64,000 nucleotides of DNA, taken from positions 1,162 through 65,161 of the forward strand of contig JACPGS010000007.1 in the NCBI GenBank assembly GCA_016189025.1, written 5' to 3'. This DNA comes from Candidatus Magasanikiibacteriota bacterium. Its GTDB lineage: Bacteria > Patescibacteriota > Patescibacteriia > Magasanikbacterales > GWA2-37-8. The notes beneath the pieces were generated by a model, which searched no databases, was not told the DNA's origin, and saw only the letters and a list, made by a program, of their open reading frames with translations. Positions 46,101-55,004 of this stretch are shown in pieces; positions within the stretch are counted from its first letter, which is position 1; each line of letters starts with the position of its first letter. A program made the translations under genes and the position numbers.

Positions 46101-48902
46101 TTATTCCGCCAGAATGGTCAGAGCGCGGGTGGGGGCCAGACGGAAGAAATTGCCGCGCCGATAAGCGCTGACAATCAGCTTCTCCAGATCATTCACCTTG
46201 AACTGATCAAATTTTTCGCCCCCCGTTTCCAGCACTTTCTTTAACTCCTGCTCAAAGGGGCCGGGAGTTACCAACCCCAGCGCTTCGGCCAATTCATCCA
46301 GTTGTTCGCCCAGCTTCCCCAGTCCTTCTATTAAATCAACATTAACCTCGGCGGTGCGCCGCTTGCCCGCGAGGGTGCGCACTTCTGCCAATTGCTGCTG
46401 CGCTTCGGCGAGCAGGGAACGGACTTCCGATAAATCCTCGCCGGCGCGTTCGCGCGCGGTCAGGCGCCGCGTAAAGCGCGTCAAATCAGCGCTGGCCTTA
46501 TTCAAAAAGCGCTGAACATTGGCAACCGCCCGGATTGCTTCAGCCAGCGACTCGGCCTGACCCAGCTTGTCCAGAACATTCTCTTCCAGATAATCAGCCA
46601 CTTCGCTAACCGGCACGGCGCCGCCCCTTACTTCCCCTAACGCTGCCTTAGCTTCGGCAATTAGGGTAGCCATTTGGCCCAGCTCCTCCACTACTTCCAG
46701 CTTAAAGCGCCGGCTGACTGCCACCGCCTCTTTGCGCGCGGCATCCGCGGTTTGCAGCCGGGCCGACAGCACTTTTACAATCCGCGGCAGGCGCGACAGC
46801 TGCTCCAGCTCGGGCAATAATTCATTTAATTGCGCTGCCACTTCTGGCAACTGTTCGGTGAGGTCTTTTACCTCATCGTAAGTTTTGGCGTTTTTCACCC
46901 GTTTGGCTAAATCCCGCGCCGTGGCAATAACTTCTTTAACCTTGGGGTCCACCGTAATTTTGTCTTTTTCCAATTTTTTAATTTTATTCTCCAGGGTGGT
47001 GAGATAACGCTCAAACTGGCGAATCCCCCGCTGCATATCGCGCAGCGCCCGGCGCTGGAATTCCTGGTCACGGCCGCGTTCATCAATCTCCCCCTCCTTT
47101 TCCAGGGCATCCTGGTAGGCATCGCGCAGCAGCTCTACCTCTTCGCGGAAAACATTCATCGTTTCAAAACTGGTGGAATCTTTAGGAGTGAAGGCACTTA
47201 TTTTATCCTGAAGCGCCGCGATTTTGGCTAACATCGCCTCGTCTTTAACTTTCTTAAAGAATTTCTCCATAGTCTTTAATTCCCGCGCCATCCCCCGCTT
47301 TTCCGAATTAAGCTGGCGCACCTGCTGGCGAGTTAATTCGGTAATAATCGGCTTGGGCTCTGGTTCAGGTTTTGGTTCTGGCTTGGGCTCTGGCGGCGGC
47401 ACTACCTGACTGCAGGTTTGCCCGGGCACGGCGCACCATCCGCTTTTCGCCCCGGTTTTATCGGTGCACCAGGTGCCGCCTTTGTTCAGACAAACGGTAA
47501 TCGGATCTTCGGTCTTGGGACACTGATCAGCGGTTTTAACTACGGTGCCATTGGGGCAGGTATATACGGCCGGGCAATCAGCCGTAGCAGCGACTTTTGA
47601 GCCGTCGGCACAAGTCCTGGTGTCAGGGGTAGCGGACCCTTTCTTGGGACAGCCGGAAAGCCGCGCCGCAAAACTCTTGCCGTCCGGGCAGGTCATTTGC
47701 CCGGAGGGGGGCATGGCCATACAAGGTTCTGCGCTGCACCAGCCAGAGCTAGCAGCAGTAGCCGCGCTGGCGGAAGTACACCAGTTTTTTCCGGCGGCTT
47801 GACAGCTAGACTGCGTGGTAGGCATGGTGGGGCAAGTAGCAGGGGAGGTAACTACTGAATTATCCCAACAGCGCATCTGACCCGATTGGGTGGGGGTATA
47901 GCAAGTTTGGATTCCCATCATGCAGGACCCCCCGTAGCTAGCCCCACCAGTAGCAGCGCACCACTTGCCATAGTATTCCTCGCATTCTGTTTGCGCGCTG
48001 GGCCAGGTATAGGTAGGGGTGGGAGTGGGCGTAGGAGTGGGCGTAGTTGACGGACAGCTTTCCGTTGCCGAGGAGGTGCAATAACCGCTGGAGCCGGACG
48101 CTCCGCCCGAACTGGCGCACCATTTGCGGCTTTTGGCTACGCAGGTGGCTTGGTCATAAATCGGACAAGCTCCCGGCGGCGTGGCGCACCAGCCGCTACT
48201 GCCAGAGCTGCCGCTAGTCGTACCGCCCGAACCGGACGTATAAGCGCACCACTCGCCGCCCTGAGTGGAACAATCTGCCGAGGTATAGGCCGGACAAGGG
48301 CTGCTGCCAGTGGAACAATAACCGGACACGCCATCGGAATTCTTGCACCATTTACCCCCGGAACTGGTACAAGTAGTTTGAGCATCAGAAACCGGACACT
48401 GCTGCCCGGTAGCAGCGCACCAATCCGAGCCGCCGCTGGTGCCGCTGCACCACTGCCGGCCTTTGGCTTCGCAGGTGGCTTTGTCGTTCACTGGGCAGCT
48501 GCTGCCGGAGCCGCTGGCGCACCAGCCGGTGGCGCCGCTCATTCCCGGGCACCACTCTCCCCCCTGGGCGCTGCAGCTCGCCGAATCATAAGCCGGACAA
48601 GAACCGGTGCTGTACGAGCAATAGGAGGACCCGCTGGAGCTGGGGCACCATTTATATCCCTGGCTGGTGCAGGTGGTTTGGGGATCGGTGGTGGTACCAG
48701 TTCCCGAGGTGCCGGTACCGGAAGTGCCACCGGAAGTGCCGGAAGTGCCGGTATAAGTACCGGTGCCGGAAGAGCCAGTGCCGCTGTCAGTAGTTTGGGC
48801 TACGGCATAACCTACTAAAATAGTAGCGCCGGCTAGCATAATCAGCGTGGGGCCGATTAACAATAGCCAGCGCCAATGCCGGGGAGTGGTAGTGGATTGC
48901 AT
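46101..48902 (-). CDS. Secreted protein with Cys/Trp-rich repeats and a coiled-coil C-terminus
   Basis: Signal peptide; repeated C-xxxG-xxWC-(Ser/Gly)n-(W/Y)C-xxxxxCP units; PT and PEPK linkers; helical tail. Confidence 0.75.
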   Translation of the reverse strand: MQSTTTPRHWRWLLLIGPTLIMLAGATILVGYAVAQTTDSGTGSSGTGTYTGTSGTSGGTSGTGTSGTGTTTDPQTTCTSQGYKWCPSSSGSSYCSYSTGSCPAYDSASCSAQGGEWCPGMSGATGWCASGSGSSCPVNDKATCEAKGRQWCSGTSGGSDWCAATGQQCPVSDAQTTCTSSGGKWCKNSDGVSGYCSTGSSPCPAYTSADCSTQGGEWCAYTSGSGGTTSGSSGSSGWCATPPGACPIYDQATCVAKSRKWCASSGGASGSSGYCTSSATESCPSTTPTPTPTPTPTYTWPSAQTECEEYYGKWCAATGGASYGGSCMMGIQTCYTPTQSGQMRCWDNSVVTSPATCPTMPTTQSSCQAAGKNWCTSASAATAASSGWCSAEPCMAMPPSGQMTCPDGKSFAARLSGCPKKGSATPDTRTCADGSKVAATADCPAVYTCPNGTVVKTADQCPKTEDPITVCLNKGGTWCTDKTGAKSGWCAVPGQTCSQVVPPPEPKPEPKPEPEPKPIITELTRQQVRQLNSEKRGMARELKTMEKFFKKVKDEAMLAKIAALQDKISAFTPKDSTSFETMNVFREEVELLRDAYQDALEKEGEIDERGRDQEFQRRALRDMQRGIRQFERYLTTLENKIKKLEKDKITVDPKVKEVIATARDLAKRVKNAKTYDEVKDLTEQLPEVAAQLNELLPELEQLSRLPRIVKVLSARLQTADAARKEAVAVSRRFKLEVVEELGQMATLIAEAKAALGEVRGGAVPVSEVADYLEENVLDKLGQAESLAEAIRAVANVQRFLNKASADLTRFTRRLTARERAGEDLSEVRSLLAEAQQQLAEVRTLAGKRRTAEVNVDLIEGLGKLGEQLDELAEALGLVTPGPFEQELKKVLETGGEKFDQFKVNDLEKLIVSAYRRGNFFRLAPTRALTILAE

Positions 48903-49045
48903 AGAGCTTCCTCCTAAAAATAAATAAAATTAATACGAATTAAATTTTCGCTTCCGGAGAATATTATAGCATATCCTAACCCAAGTGATAAATAAAAACA
49001 CGCCCCGTCAAGGGGGCGTGTGGATAACCTGATTTACTGCTTGCT

Positions 49046-49876
49046 TTACCTTAACTTAGCCTCCACCGCTGCTTTAAGCTGCTCATACGAAACCGCGCCG
49101 GAAATCAACTGGGCATTGCCGTTGGCGTCCACCAAAAATGACCCGGGCGTGCCCTGCACCCCCGCCGCGGCCCCGGCATTCAGCTGCTCGCGCACTGGAG
49201 TGGCATATTTGCCAGAATCCAGGCAGGCCTTAAACCTGCTTTCGCTTAACCCTAATTCCCGCGCTAAAGGTGCCAGGGCATCCAGGGCAAAACCAGTGCC
49301 ATTGGCAGTGGTACGTTCAAAAATTTTATCTACATATCGCCAAAAAGCGTCGTTGCCACCCAGTTCGGCCGCGCACTCCGAGGCTTCAGCTTCTTTTTGG
49401 GCATTAGCATGGAACGATAAAGGATAATGCCGATACACCCACTTTACCTTACCGTCGTACTCCTGCAACAAGCGCTGCACCGTGGAGTGGAAACGCTGGC
49501 AGAATGGGCATTCCAGGTCCGAATATTCAATTAAAGTGAGCCGGGCGTTGCGGCTGCCGCGCACATGGTCGCTGGCAGCTAAAGGAGGCACCGGGCCGGT
49601 GGGTAGCTCCGGGGGAGCGGCAACGCCTGCCCCTCCTAGGGCCTGACCCGTGGGAGCATTACCAGCCAAACTATCGGACGCGCCCAGGCTAAACTGAGCA
49701 TTACCGCGCAGCATCAGCCCTAATAAAACAAAAAAACCGATGGTGCAGAGCACCAGAATGCCGCCGACTACGCCAACGAGGAGCGCCTGCTTGGGCGACA
49801 GCGCATTGAAAACCGACTGACCCGCCGGCGGGCGTTCCGGCGCGTCAAAATCCGGATCGTGAGGGAGAGGAGACAT
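49046..49876 (-). CDS. DsbA-family thiol-disulfide oxidoreductase
   Basis: EYSDLECPFC, YRHYPL, GVQGTP. Confidence 0.92.
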   Translation of the reverse strand: MSPLPHDPDFDAPERPPAGQSVFNALSPKQALLVGVVGGILVLCTIGFFVLLGLMLRGNAQFSLGASDSLAGNAPTGQALGGAGVAAPPELPTGPVPPLAASDHVRGSRNARLTLIEYSDLECPFCQRFHSTVQRLLQEYDGKVKWVYRHYPLSFHANAQKEAEASECAAELGGNDAFWRYVDKIFERTTANGTGFALDALAPLARELGLSESRFKACLDSGKYATPVREQLNAGAAAGVQGTPGSFLVDANGNAQLISGAVSYEQLKAAVEAKLR

Positions 49877-49967
49877 AAAGTTCAAAGGTAAAAAATGAAA
49901 GGTGCCAAGTCAAATCAGTATACTACAGCGCTGCGGCAAAGTCTATATAGACTTCATGTGGATAAAC

Positions 49968-50042
49968 TGAAACTGTAGAAGAATTGAAAAACGACAGCGA
50001 CCAGGCGGAAAATGATATAGTCGGTATTATTCTACAGTCTAA
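49968..50042 (+). mobile_element. MITE-like family A, internally deleted copy 7
   Basis: Both TIRs and the right arm are present; the structured core is absent. Confidence 0.8.
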
Positions 50043-50044
50043 AG

Positions 50045-52369
50045 CTAACGTTCCGGGGCCAGGCGGCGCAGGCGCAAACTGTTGCCGACCACGCTGACGC
50101 TGGAAAAAGCCATCGCCGCCGCGGCAATCAGCGGATTCAACAAACCAAAAGCGGCGAGCGGCAGAGCCGCGGCATTATAGAAAAAAGCCCAGAATAAATT
50201 CTGCTTAATGATGCGGAAGGTGGCGCGCGACAGGATAATCGCTTCTACTGCTTTCAAGGGACTCCCCTTGACCAAAACAATACTGCCGGCTTCAATGGCA
50301 ATGTCCGTGCCGGTGCCGAGCGCTACCCCAAGATCTGCCTGGGTCAGAGCCGGCGCATCGTTAATGCCGTCGCCGACAAAGGCCACCCGCTGGCCTTTGG
50401 CCTGTAACTGCTGCACTTGCCGGGCTTTATCGGCCGGTAATACCTCGGCGAGGATAGTTTTGAACCCTAGCGCCTCGCCCACGGCGCGCGCCGTGCGCGC
50501 ATTGTCGCCGGTCATTAAAATCGGCTCCACTCCCATTCCCTTGAGTTTGGCTACGGCTTCTCCCGCATCAGACTTAGGAGTATCCGCCACCGCAATCAAA
50601 CCCATGAGCTCGGCCGGCTGGCCGGCAGATTGCTGAATTTGCTGATTGCTTACGGCTAACATCATTACGGTCTTACCTTTAGTTTCCAGAGCCTGAATTT
50701 GCGCTTCCGCCGCGGCGTCTAAAGTAACTCCGCGTTCGGCTAATAATGCCCGCGTGCCAATCAGCACCGCGCGCCTAGCCTCGCCCCCCTGCACTTCGGC
50801 GGTTACCCCTTTACCCGGTACGGCCTGGAAGGTGGCTACCGGCAGTAGTTTAACTTTATCCGCCGTACCGCGCTCCACTATGGCGCGCGCCAAAGGGTGC
50901 TCGGAATGAGCTTCTACGGATGCTGCTAATTGCAACAAAAGCTGGCGGCTGATTGCTGAATCTGCTGATTGCTGAATCTGCTGATTGCTAACAACTACAT
51001 CGGTCACCCGCGGCTTGCCTTCGGTGAGCGTGCCGGTTTTGTCAAACACCACCGCATCAATCCGTTTGGCTTTTTCCAGCGCTTCGCCGTTTTTAATGAG
51101 AATCCCCCGCCGCGCCCCCAGCCCGGTGCCGACCATAATGGCAGTGGGAGTAGCTAACCCCAGGGCGCAGGGGCAGGCAATTACCAGCACCGCTACCGCC
51201 GGAATCAGGCTGGCAGTAACGTCGCCCGTCTTCAGCCCCCAGGCCACCGCGGTAACCGCGGCAATCACCAGCACCACCGGCACAAAAATGCCGGAAATTT
51301 TATCTGCTAATTTTTGAATGGGCGCTTTCTTTTCCTGGGCTTCGGCCACCAGTTTTACAATCTGGGCCAAAACCGTATTCTCTCCTACCTTAGTGGCGGC
51401 AATTACCAGCGACCCATTGGTATTAATAGTAGCGCCGTATACTAAATCGCCTGCTTGCTTATCTGCGGGAATGGACTCGCCGGTCAGCATCGATTCGTCC
51501 AGCGCCGCCGCGCCCCGGATAATTTTGCCGTCGGTGGGAATTTTTTCGCCTGGTTTCACCATCAGCCAATCTCCTACGCTGATTGCTTCAATCGGCACTT
51601 CTTCGGTTTCCCCGGTCTCGTCGGATGCTGCTTTTTCCTTAATCCGCCGCGCAGTTTTGGCTCCTAACGCCAATAATTTAGCAATCGCCGCGCTGGCCGC
51701 GCCGGTACTTCTAGCTTCAAAAAATTTACCGAGCAGAATTAAAGCGGTAATGATAGCGCCGATTTCAAAATAAAGATTGGGGTGTTGGGTTGCCATCGCC
51801 CACACACTATAACCAAGTGCGGCAAGTGTTCCTAACGAAATCAGGGTATCCATCCCCGGCGCCAGATGGCGCACTTCGCGGGTCATGCCGCGGTGAAACT
51901 GCTGCCCGACGTAAAGAATAACAATCGCCGCCAGCGCCGCCGAGAGCCATAAAGAAAGCGGATAACCATAAAGCAATTGCCCAAATTCCCAGCCGGACAT
52001 GCCGATAATGGCAGCGGGAGTGGCTAAAACCAGCGCCACGACGGCCCGGCGTTTGGCAACGCCGACTTCGGCCTGCAGATGAGCGGTGTGATCAACCGGG
52101 GCCGCGCTATCCGGCCCGGCGGCGTGATGACCGGCATGAGCGGGGGCAGCAGTAGGCGCCGGAGCAGCCACCTCGTATCCCTCGCCGCGCACGGCCTGAT
52201 GCAAGGCGTGTTCGTCGGCTTTAGTTTCATCGTAAGTAACCGTCGCGGTCTTGAACGCAAAATTAACACTGGCATCGCTCACCCCCGGCACCTTTTTCAG
52301 GGCTCCTTCGTTGCGCGCCACGCACGAAGCGCAGTGCATGCCCTGAATGCCAAAAGTAATTTTTTTCAT
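50045..52369 (-). CDS. copA: Copper-translocating P1B-type ATPase
   Basis: GMHCASC, TGES, CPCALGLATP, DKTGT, SEHPLA, GDGINDAP; start MKKITF at 52369. Confidence 0.93.
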   Translation of the reverse strand: MKKITFGIQGMHCASCVARNEGALKKVPGVSDASVNFAFKTATVTYDETKADEHALHQAVRGEGYEVAAPAPTAAPAHAGHHAAGPDSAAPVDHTAHLQAEVGVAKRRAVVALVLATPAAIIGMSGWEFGQLLYGYPLSLWLSAALAAIVILYVGQQFHRGMTREVRHLAPGMDTLISLGTLAALGYSVWAMATQHPNLYFEIGAIITALILLGKFFEARSTGAASAAIAKLLALGAKTARRIKEKAASDETGETEEVPIEAISVGDWLMVKPGEKIPTDGKIIRGAAALDESMLTGESIPADKQAGDLVYGATINTNGSLVIAATKVGENTVLAQIVKLVAEAQEKKAPIQKLADKISGIFVPVVLVIAAVTAVAWGLKTGDVTASLIPAVAVLVIACPCALGLATPTAIMVGTGLGARRGILIKNGEALEKAKRIDAVVFDKTGTLTEGKPRVTDVVVSNQQIQQSADSAISRQLLLQLAASVEAHSEHPLARAIVERGTADKVKLLPVATFQAVPGKGVTAEVQGGEARRAVLIGTRALLAERGVTLDAAAEAQIQALETKGKTVMMLAVSNQQIQQSAGQPAELMGLIAVADTPKSDAGEAVAKLKGMGVEPILMTGDNARTARAVGEALGFKTILAEVLPADKARQVQQLQAKGQRVAFVGDGINDAPALTQADLGVALGTGTDIAIEAGSIVLVKGSPLKAVEAIILSRATFRIIKQNLFWAFFYNAAALPLAAFGLLNPLIAAAAMAFSSVSVVGNSLRLRRLAPER
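50948..50989. repeat. 16-bp tandem repeat GCTGATTGCTGAATCT inside copA
   Basis: About 2.6 units; the same unit occurs at 50625-50650 and, inverted and intergenic, at 15722-15755. Confidence 0.75.
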
Positions 52370-52377
52370 ATCCAGAT

Positions 52378-52562
52378 TGAGGTTGTTGAAGAATATGACA
52401 TTGTTATCCGCCTGGTCGCTGTCGCTATTGCTAAAATTTACTTGGTTGGTCGCGGCAGACACTCTTTGGGTGCTCCCCCGATTTAATCGGGGTGCGCACC
52501 CAAAGACACTCGTCTGCCGCTCCCTGATGCTAACTGATTATTCCTATTCTTCTAGAATATTA
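52378..52562 (-). mobile_element. MITE-like family A, copy 8
   Basis: Reverse-complement full-length match; TIRs decayed. Confidence 0.85.
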
Positions 52563-52598
52563 ATATCGTAAGCGTTCTTCTGAAGACTTCAGATTAAG

Positions 52599-52722
52599 TA
52601 GGACTTACGCGTTTGGCTGCAGTTCAAGGCGGCAGCGAGCACCGGAGCGAGACGTAGCCAAAGCCTACGGCGAGCGAGGAGCGTAGCGACAACGCCGAAA
52701 TGCACCAAACGCGTAAGTCCTA
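52599..52722. mobile_element. MITE-like element, family D
   Basis: Perfect 18-bp TIR TAGGACTTACGCGTTTGG / CCAAACGCGTAAGTCCTA flanked by TTAAG direct repeats. Confidence 0.8.
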
Positions 52723-52727
52723 TTAAG

Positions 52728-54368
52728 CTATGAACTGCTCTTCGGCAGCACCGTAAAACTCCCCTGCACCATGCCCATGCTGCAGCTAAAGGCAATGCGG
52801 CCCTGGCGGGGCGGGGTAAATTCAATCAGATTCGGGCCGCGCGTTAAATAGCGCTGGATATTTAATTCGCGGGAGACCAATACCGAGGTGCAGCCCGCGG
52901 CCCGGGTACCGTCCACTTCCCAGCGCACTGGCGTGCCCTGGCGCACCACAAAATTAGCCGGCGTAAATCCGGTCGGCTCCACGCTCATTTTAATTACCTG
53001 CTTGCCGCTAATAATTTTTCCGCTTAATTCCTGCGCCTCCGCGTTAGCGCTGCCCACCGGCAACAGATGCGCCAGCGGGTAACCGGCGATATTAAAGGCA
53101 TTCTGAAAATTCCACAGGCCTAAAATTACCACCAAAGCGCCGGAAAATTGCACAAACCACCGCCCAGCCCGGCCTTTCAAACCGCTGGAAGCAAACCCCA
53201 AAATCAGCAAAGCCGGCGCCGTGCCCAGGGCAAAGGCCAACAGTACCGTGGCCGCGGCGGTAAAACTGCCGGTAGTTAAGGCATAGAGTTGCAGCGCCTG
53301 GGTAAAGCCGCAGGGAATAAAGAAAGTGGCGGCGCCCAAAGCAAACGGCGTGCCCCAATGATTTTTCCCTTCTACTGCCAATAGCCGATGGGAAATGCTT
53401 TTGGGCATCCGGGGCAACAGTTCGCGGAGCCACACCGGCGCCCAGCCCAGCATTTCTAACCCCATCATAAACATATAGAGCGCGGCGAGCAGGGTGATGA
53501 ACGCGGTAACCAAGGGAGAGGGAACCAGAACGCGCCCGACTACTCCCAAGAGCCCGCCCAGTAAGGCGTAGCTCGCCACCCGCCCGGCGACAAACAACAA
53601 AACCGGAGTAAAGCGCCCCGACCACCCGGCCCCGGCATATCGTTCGTTAAATTTAGCCGCCGCCGAAAGCAGCAGGCCGCCGGTAACCGCAATGCAGGAA
53701 GAGCTGGCCGCGACCAGCCCCACCAAAAATACCGCGCCAAAAGTCATTGTGGAGCCAGTGCCAAAGTTTGACTGCCACAGACCCAGGCGCGACAATAATG
53801 TATACAATAGAAAGATTAAGGCCGTGAGCCCCAGAAATCTGATGAATGATACCCGGTGCGCCGGCTGACTACGGGGCGCCGGAGCAGACGAAACCGAACG
53901 ATTAGCCGCGACGGAACGCACCCGATAATGAGTAGCGCCGAGCGCTTGCGCCAAATTTTGCTGAAGTAAATTAGTGTCGGCCGGAGTGCCGGGCGCCAGC
54001 GTCAGGTGCGCTACCCCGCGCCCCGCATTAACCTCTACTTTAGCCACGCCGGGGAGCTTCCCCCAGGCGCGCTCAATCGTTACTTCGCAGCTGCGGCAGG
54101 TCATGCCGTCGATCGCTACCGTCAGGGCGCGCGGGCTCGCCACCGCCTCGGCTGCTACTGCCGCGGCCTGCCAGCCGGCTTGGCGCAACGCTTCGCTCAC
54201 TGTCGCTGCCGTCAAATTAGCGTGGCCGATTACCCGCACCAAAGATTTAGCGACGTTAACATCTACCTGCCTGACGCCGGCTAAATGAATTAAACGCTCA
54301 CGCAACCGCTCGCCAGCGCCGGATTCCAGCGCCGGCTGCAGAGAAAATTTATAGGCTACTGGTTCCAT
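52728..54368 (-). CDS. HMA + DsbD_2/TauE-like membrane domain + cupredoxin fusion protein
   Basis: GMTCRSC, SSCIAVTGG, FFIPCGFTQ, FSCSMGM. Confidence 0.85.
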   Translation of the reverse strand: MEPVAYKFSLQPALESGAGERLRERLIHLAGVRQVDVNVAKSLVRVIGHANLTAATVSEALRQAGWQAAAVAAEAVASPRALTVAIDGMTCRSCEVTIERAWGKLPGVAKVEVNAGRGVAHLTLAPGTPADTNLLQQNLAQALGATHYRVRSVAANRSVSSAPAPRSQPAHRVSFIRFLGLTALIFLLYTLLSRLGLWQSNFGTGSTMTFGAVFLVGLVAASSSCIAVTGGLLLSAAAKFNERYAGAGWSGRFTPVLLFVAGRVASYALLGGLLGVVGRVLVPSPLVTAFITLLAALYMFMMGLEMLGWAPVWLRELLPRMPKSISHRLLAVEGKNHWGTPFALGAATFFIPCGFTQALQLYALTTGSFTAAATVLLAFALGTAPALLILGFASSGLKGRAGRWFVQFSGALVVILGLWNFQNAFNIAGYPLAHLLPVGSANAEAQELSGKIISGKQVIKMSVEPTGFTPANFVVRQGTPVRWEVDGTRAAGCTSVLVSRELNIQRYLTRGPNLIEFTPPRQGRIAFSCSMGMVQGSFTVLPKSSS

Positions 54369-54376
54369 AGGAAGCC

Positions 54377-54427
54377 ACTATAGCATAAATTTATAATCTT
54401 GACAAATAACCGCCCCCGTGTTAGAAT
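54377..54427. promoter_or_regulatory. Overlapping divergent sigma70 promoters
   Basis: Plus strand TTGACA (54399)-17-TAGAAT; minus strand TTGTCA-17-TATAGT; each -10 lies 7-8 nt from an ATG. Confidence 0.6.
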
Positions 54428-54434
54428 CATTATC

Positions 54435-54887
54435 ATGAACAAACCCTCAAGAAAAAGAGTCTCTGGGCTACTGGCCGGCGGCCTGATTATTTTAGTAGCG
54501 CTGATTTATGTTTGTTCCCCTGGCCTGACCGGAATGAGCGCAATGATAACGGGCAGCCATGCCTCCCCCTGCCAAAATTACTCGGGGGATGCCTCCCTTA
54601 ATAATGCTATGAGCATGGTGAATTGTCTTAATGCTCATCTGCCCGCGGCCGGCGCGATTGCCCAAGACTTTACTACGGCGGCAGCGCTGCTGCTGTTGCT
54701 GGTTTCGGCGGCCATCGGTTATTGGCTGAAACGGGATATTTTATCATCCTGGTTCCGCTCCGCTTTAACGCGCGGCCAATATTGGTACCGTCGCTATCGC
54801 CTGGCCATCAAATCGCTCTGGGAAAGAAAATTATTGCGCTTCCTGAATCTTTTGGGTAATTACACGGCAGTCGCTTTGGCAGTATAG
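54435..54887 (+). CDS. Hypothetical membrane protein
   Basis: Two hydrophobic segments with a Met/His/Cys-containing loop. Confidence 0.55.
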   Translation: MNKPSRKRVSGLLAGGLIILVALIYVCSPGLTGMSAMITGSHASPCQNYSGDASLNNAMSMVNCLNAHLPAAGAIAQDFTTAAALLLLLVSAAIGYWLKRDILSSWFRSALTRGQYWYRRYRLAIKSLWERKLLRFLNLLGNYTAVALAV

Positions 54888-55004
54888 TTTTCCCCCTCGC
54901 CGTACCGGCGTTTAATTTAAGATGGGGAAACTGATAGTCCAAAGCGATTTTTTGTTGTAAAAATTTTATTTATCCTACCATTAGCACTATTGATATTTAA
55001 TTCT

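Noticed and set aside
48690-48790. Short tandem repeats (GGAAGTGCC units) in the Cys-rich gene as a mobile repeat
   Set aside because: They are in-frame 9-bp units encoding a Gly/Thr/Ser low-complexity linker and are not found elsewhere in the window.
52370-52462. N-terminal extension of CopA (MSAATNQVNFSNSDSDQ...) and similar short ORFs at 41354-41599, 39879-40067, 8672-8860 and 4158-4418
   Set aside because: These are translations of MITE family A sequence. The real CopA start is the ATG at 52369, just before the HMA domain.
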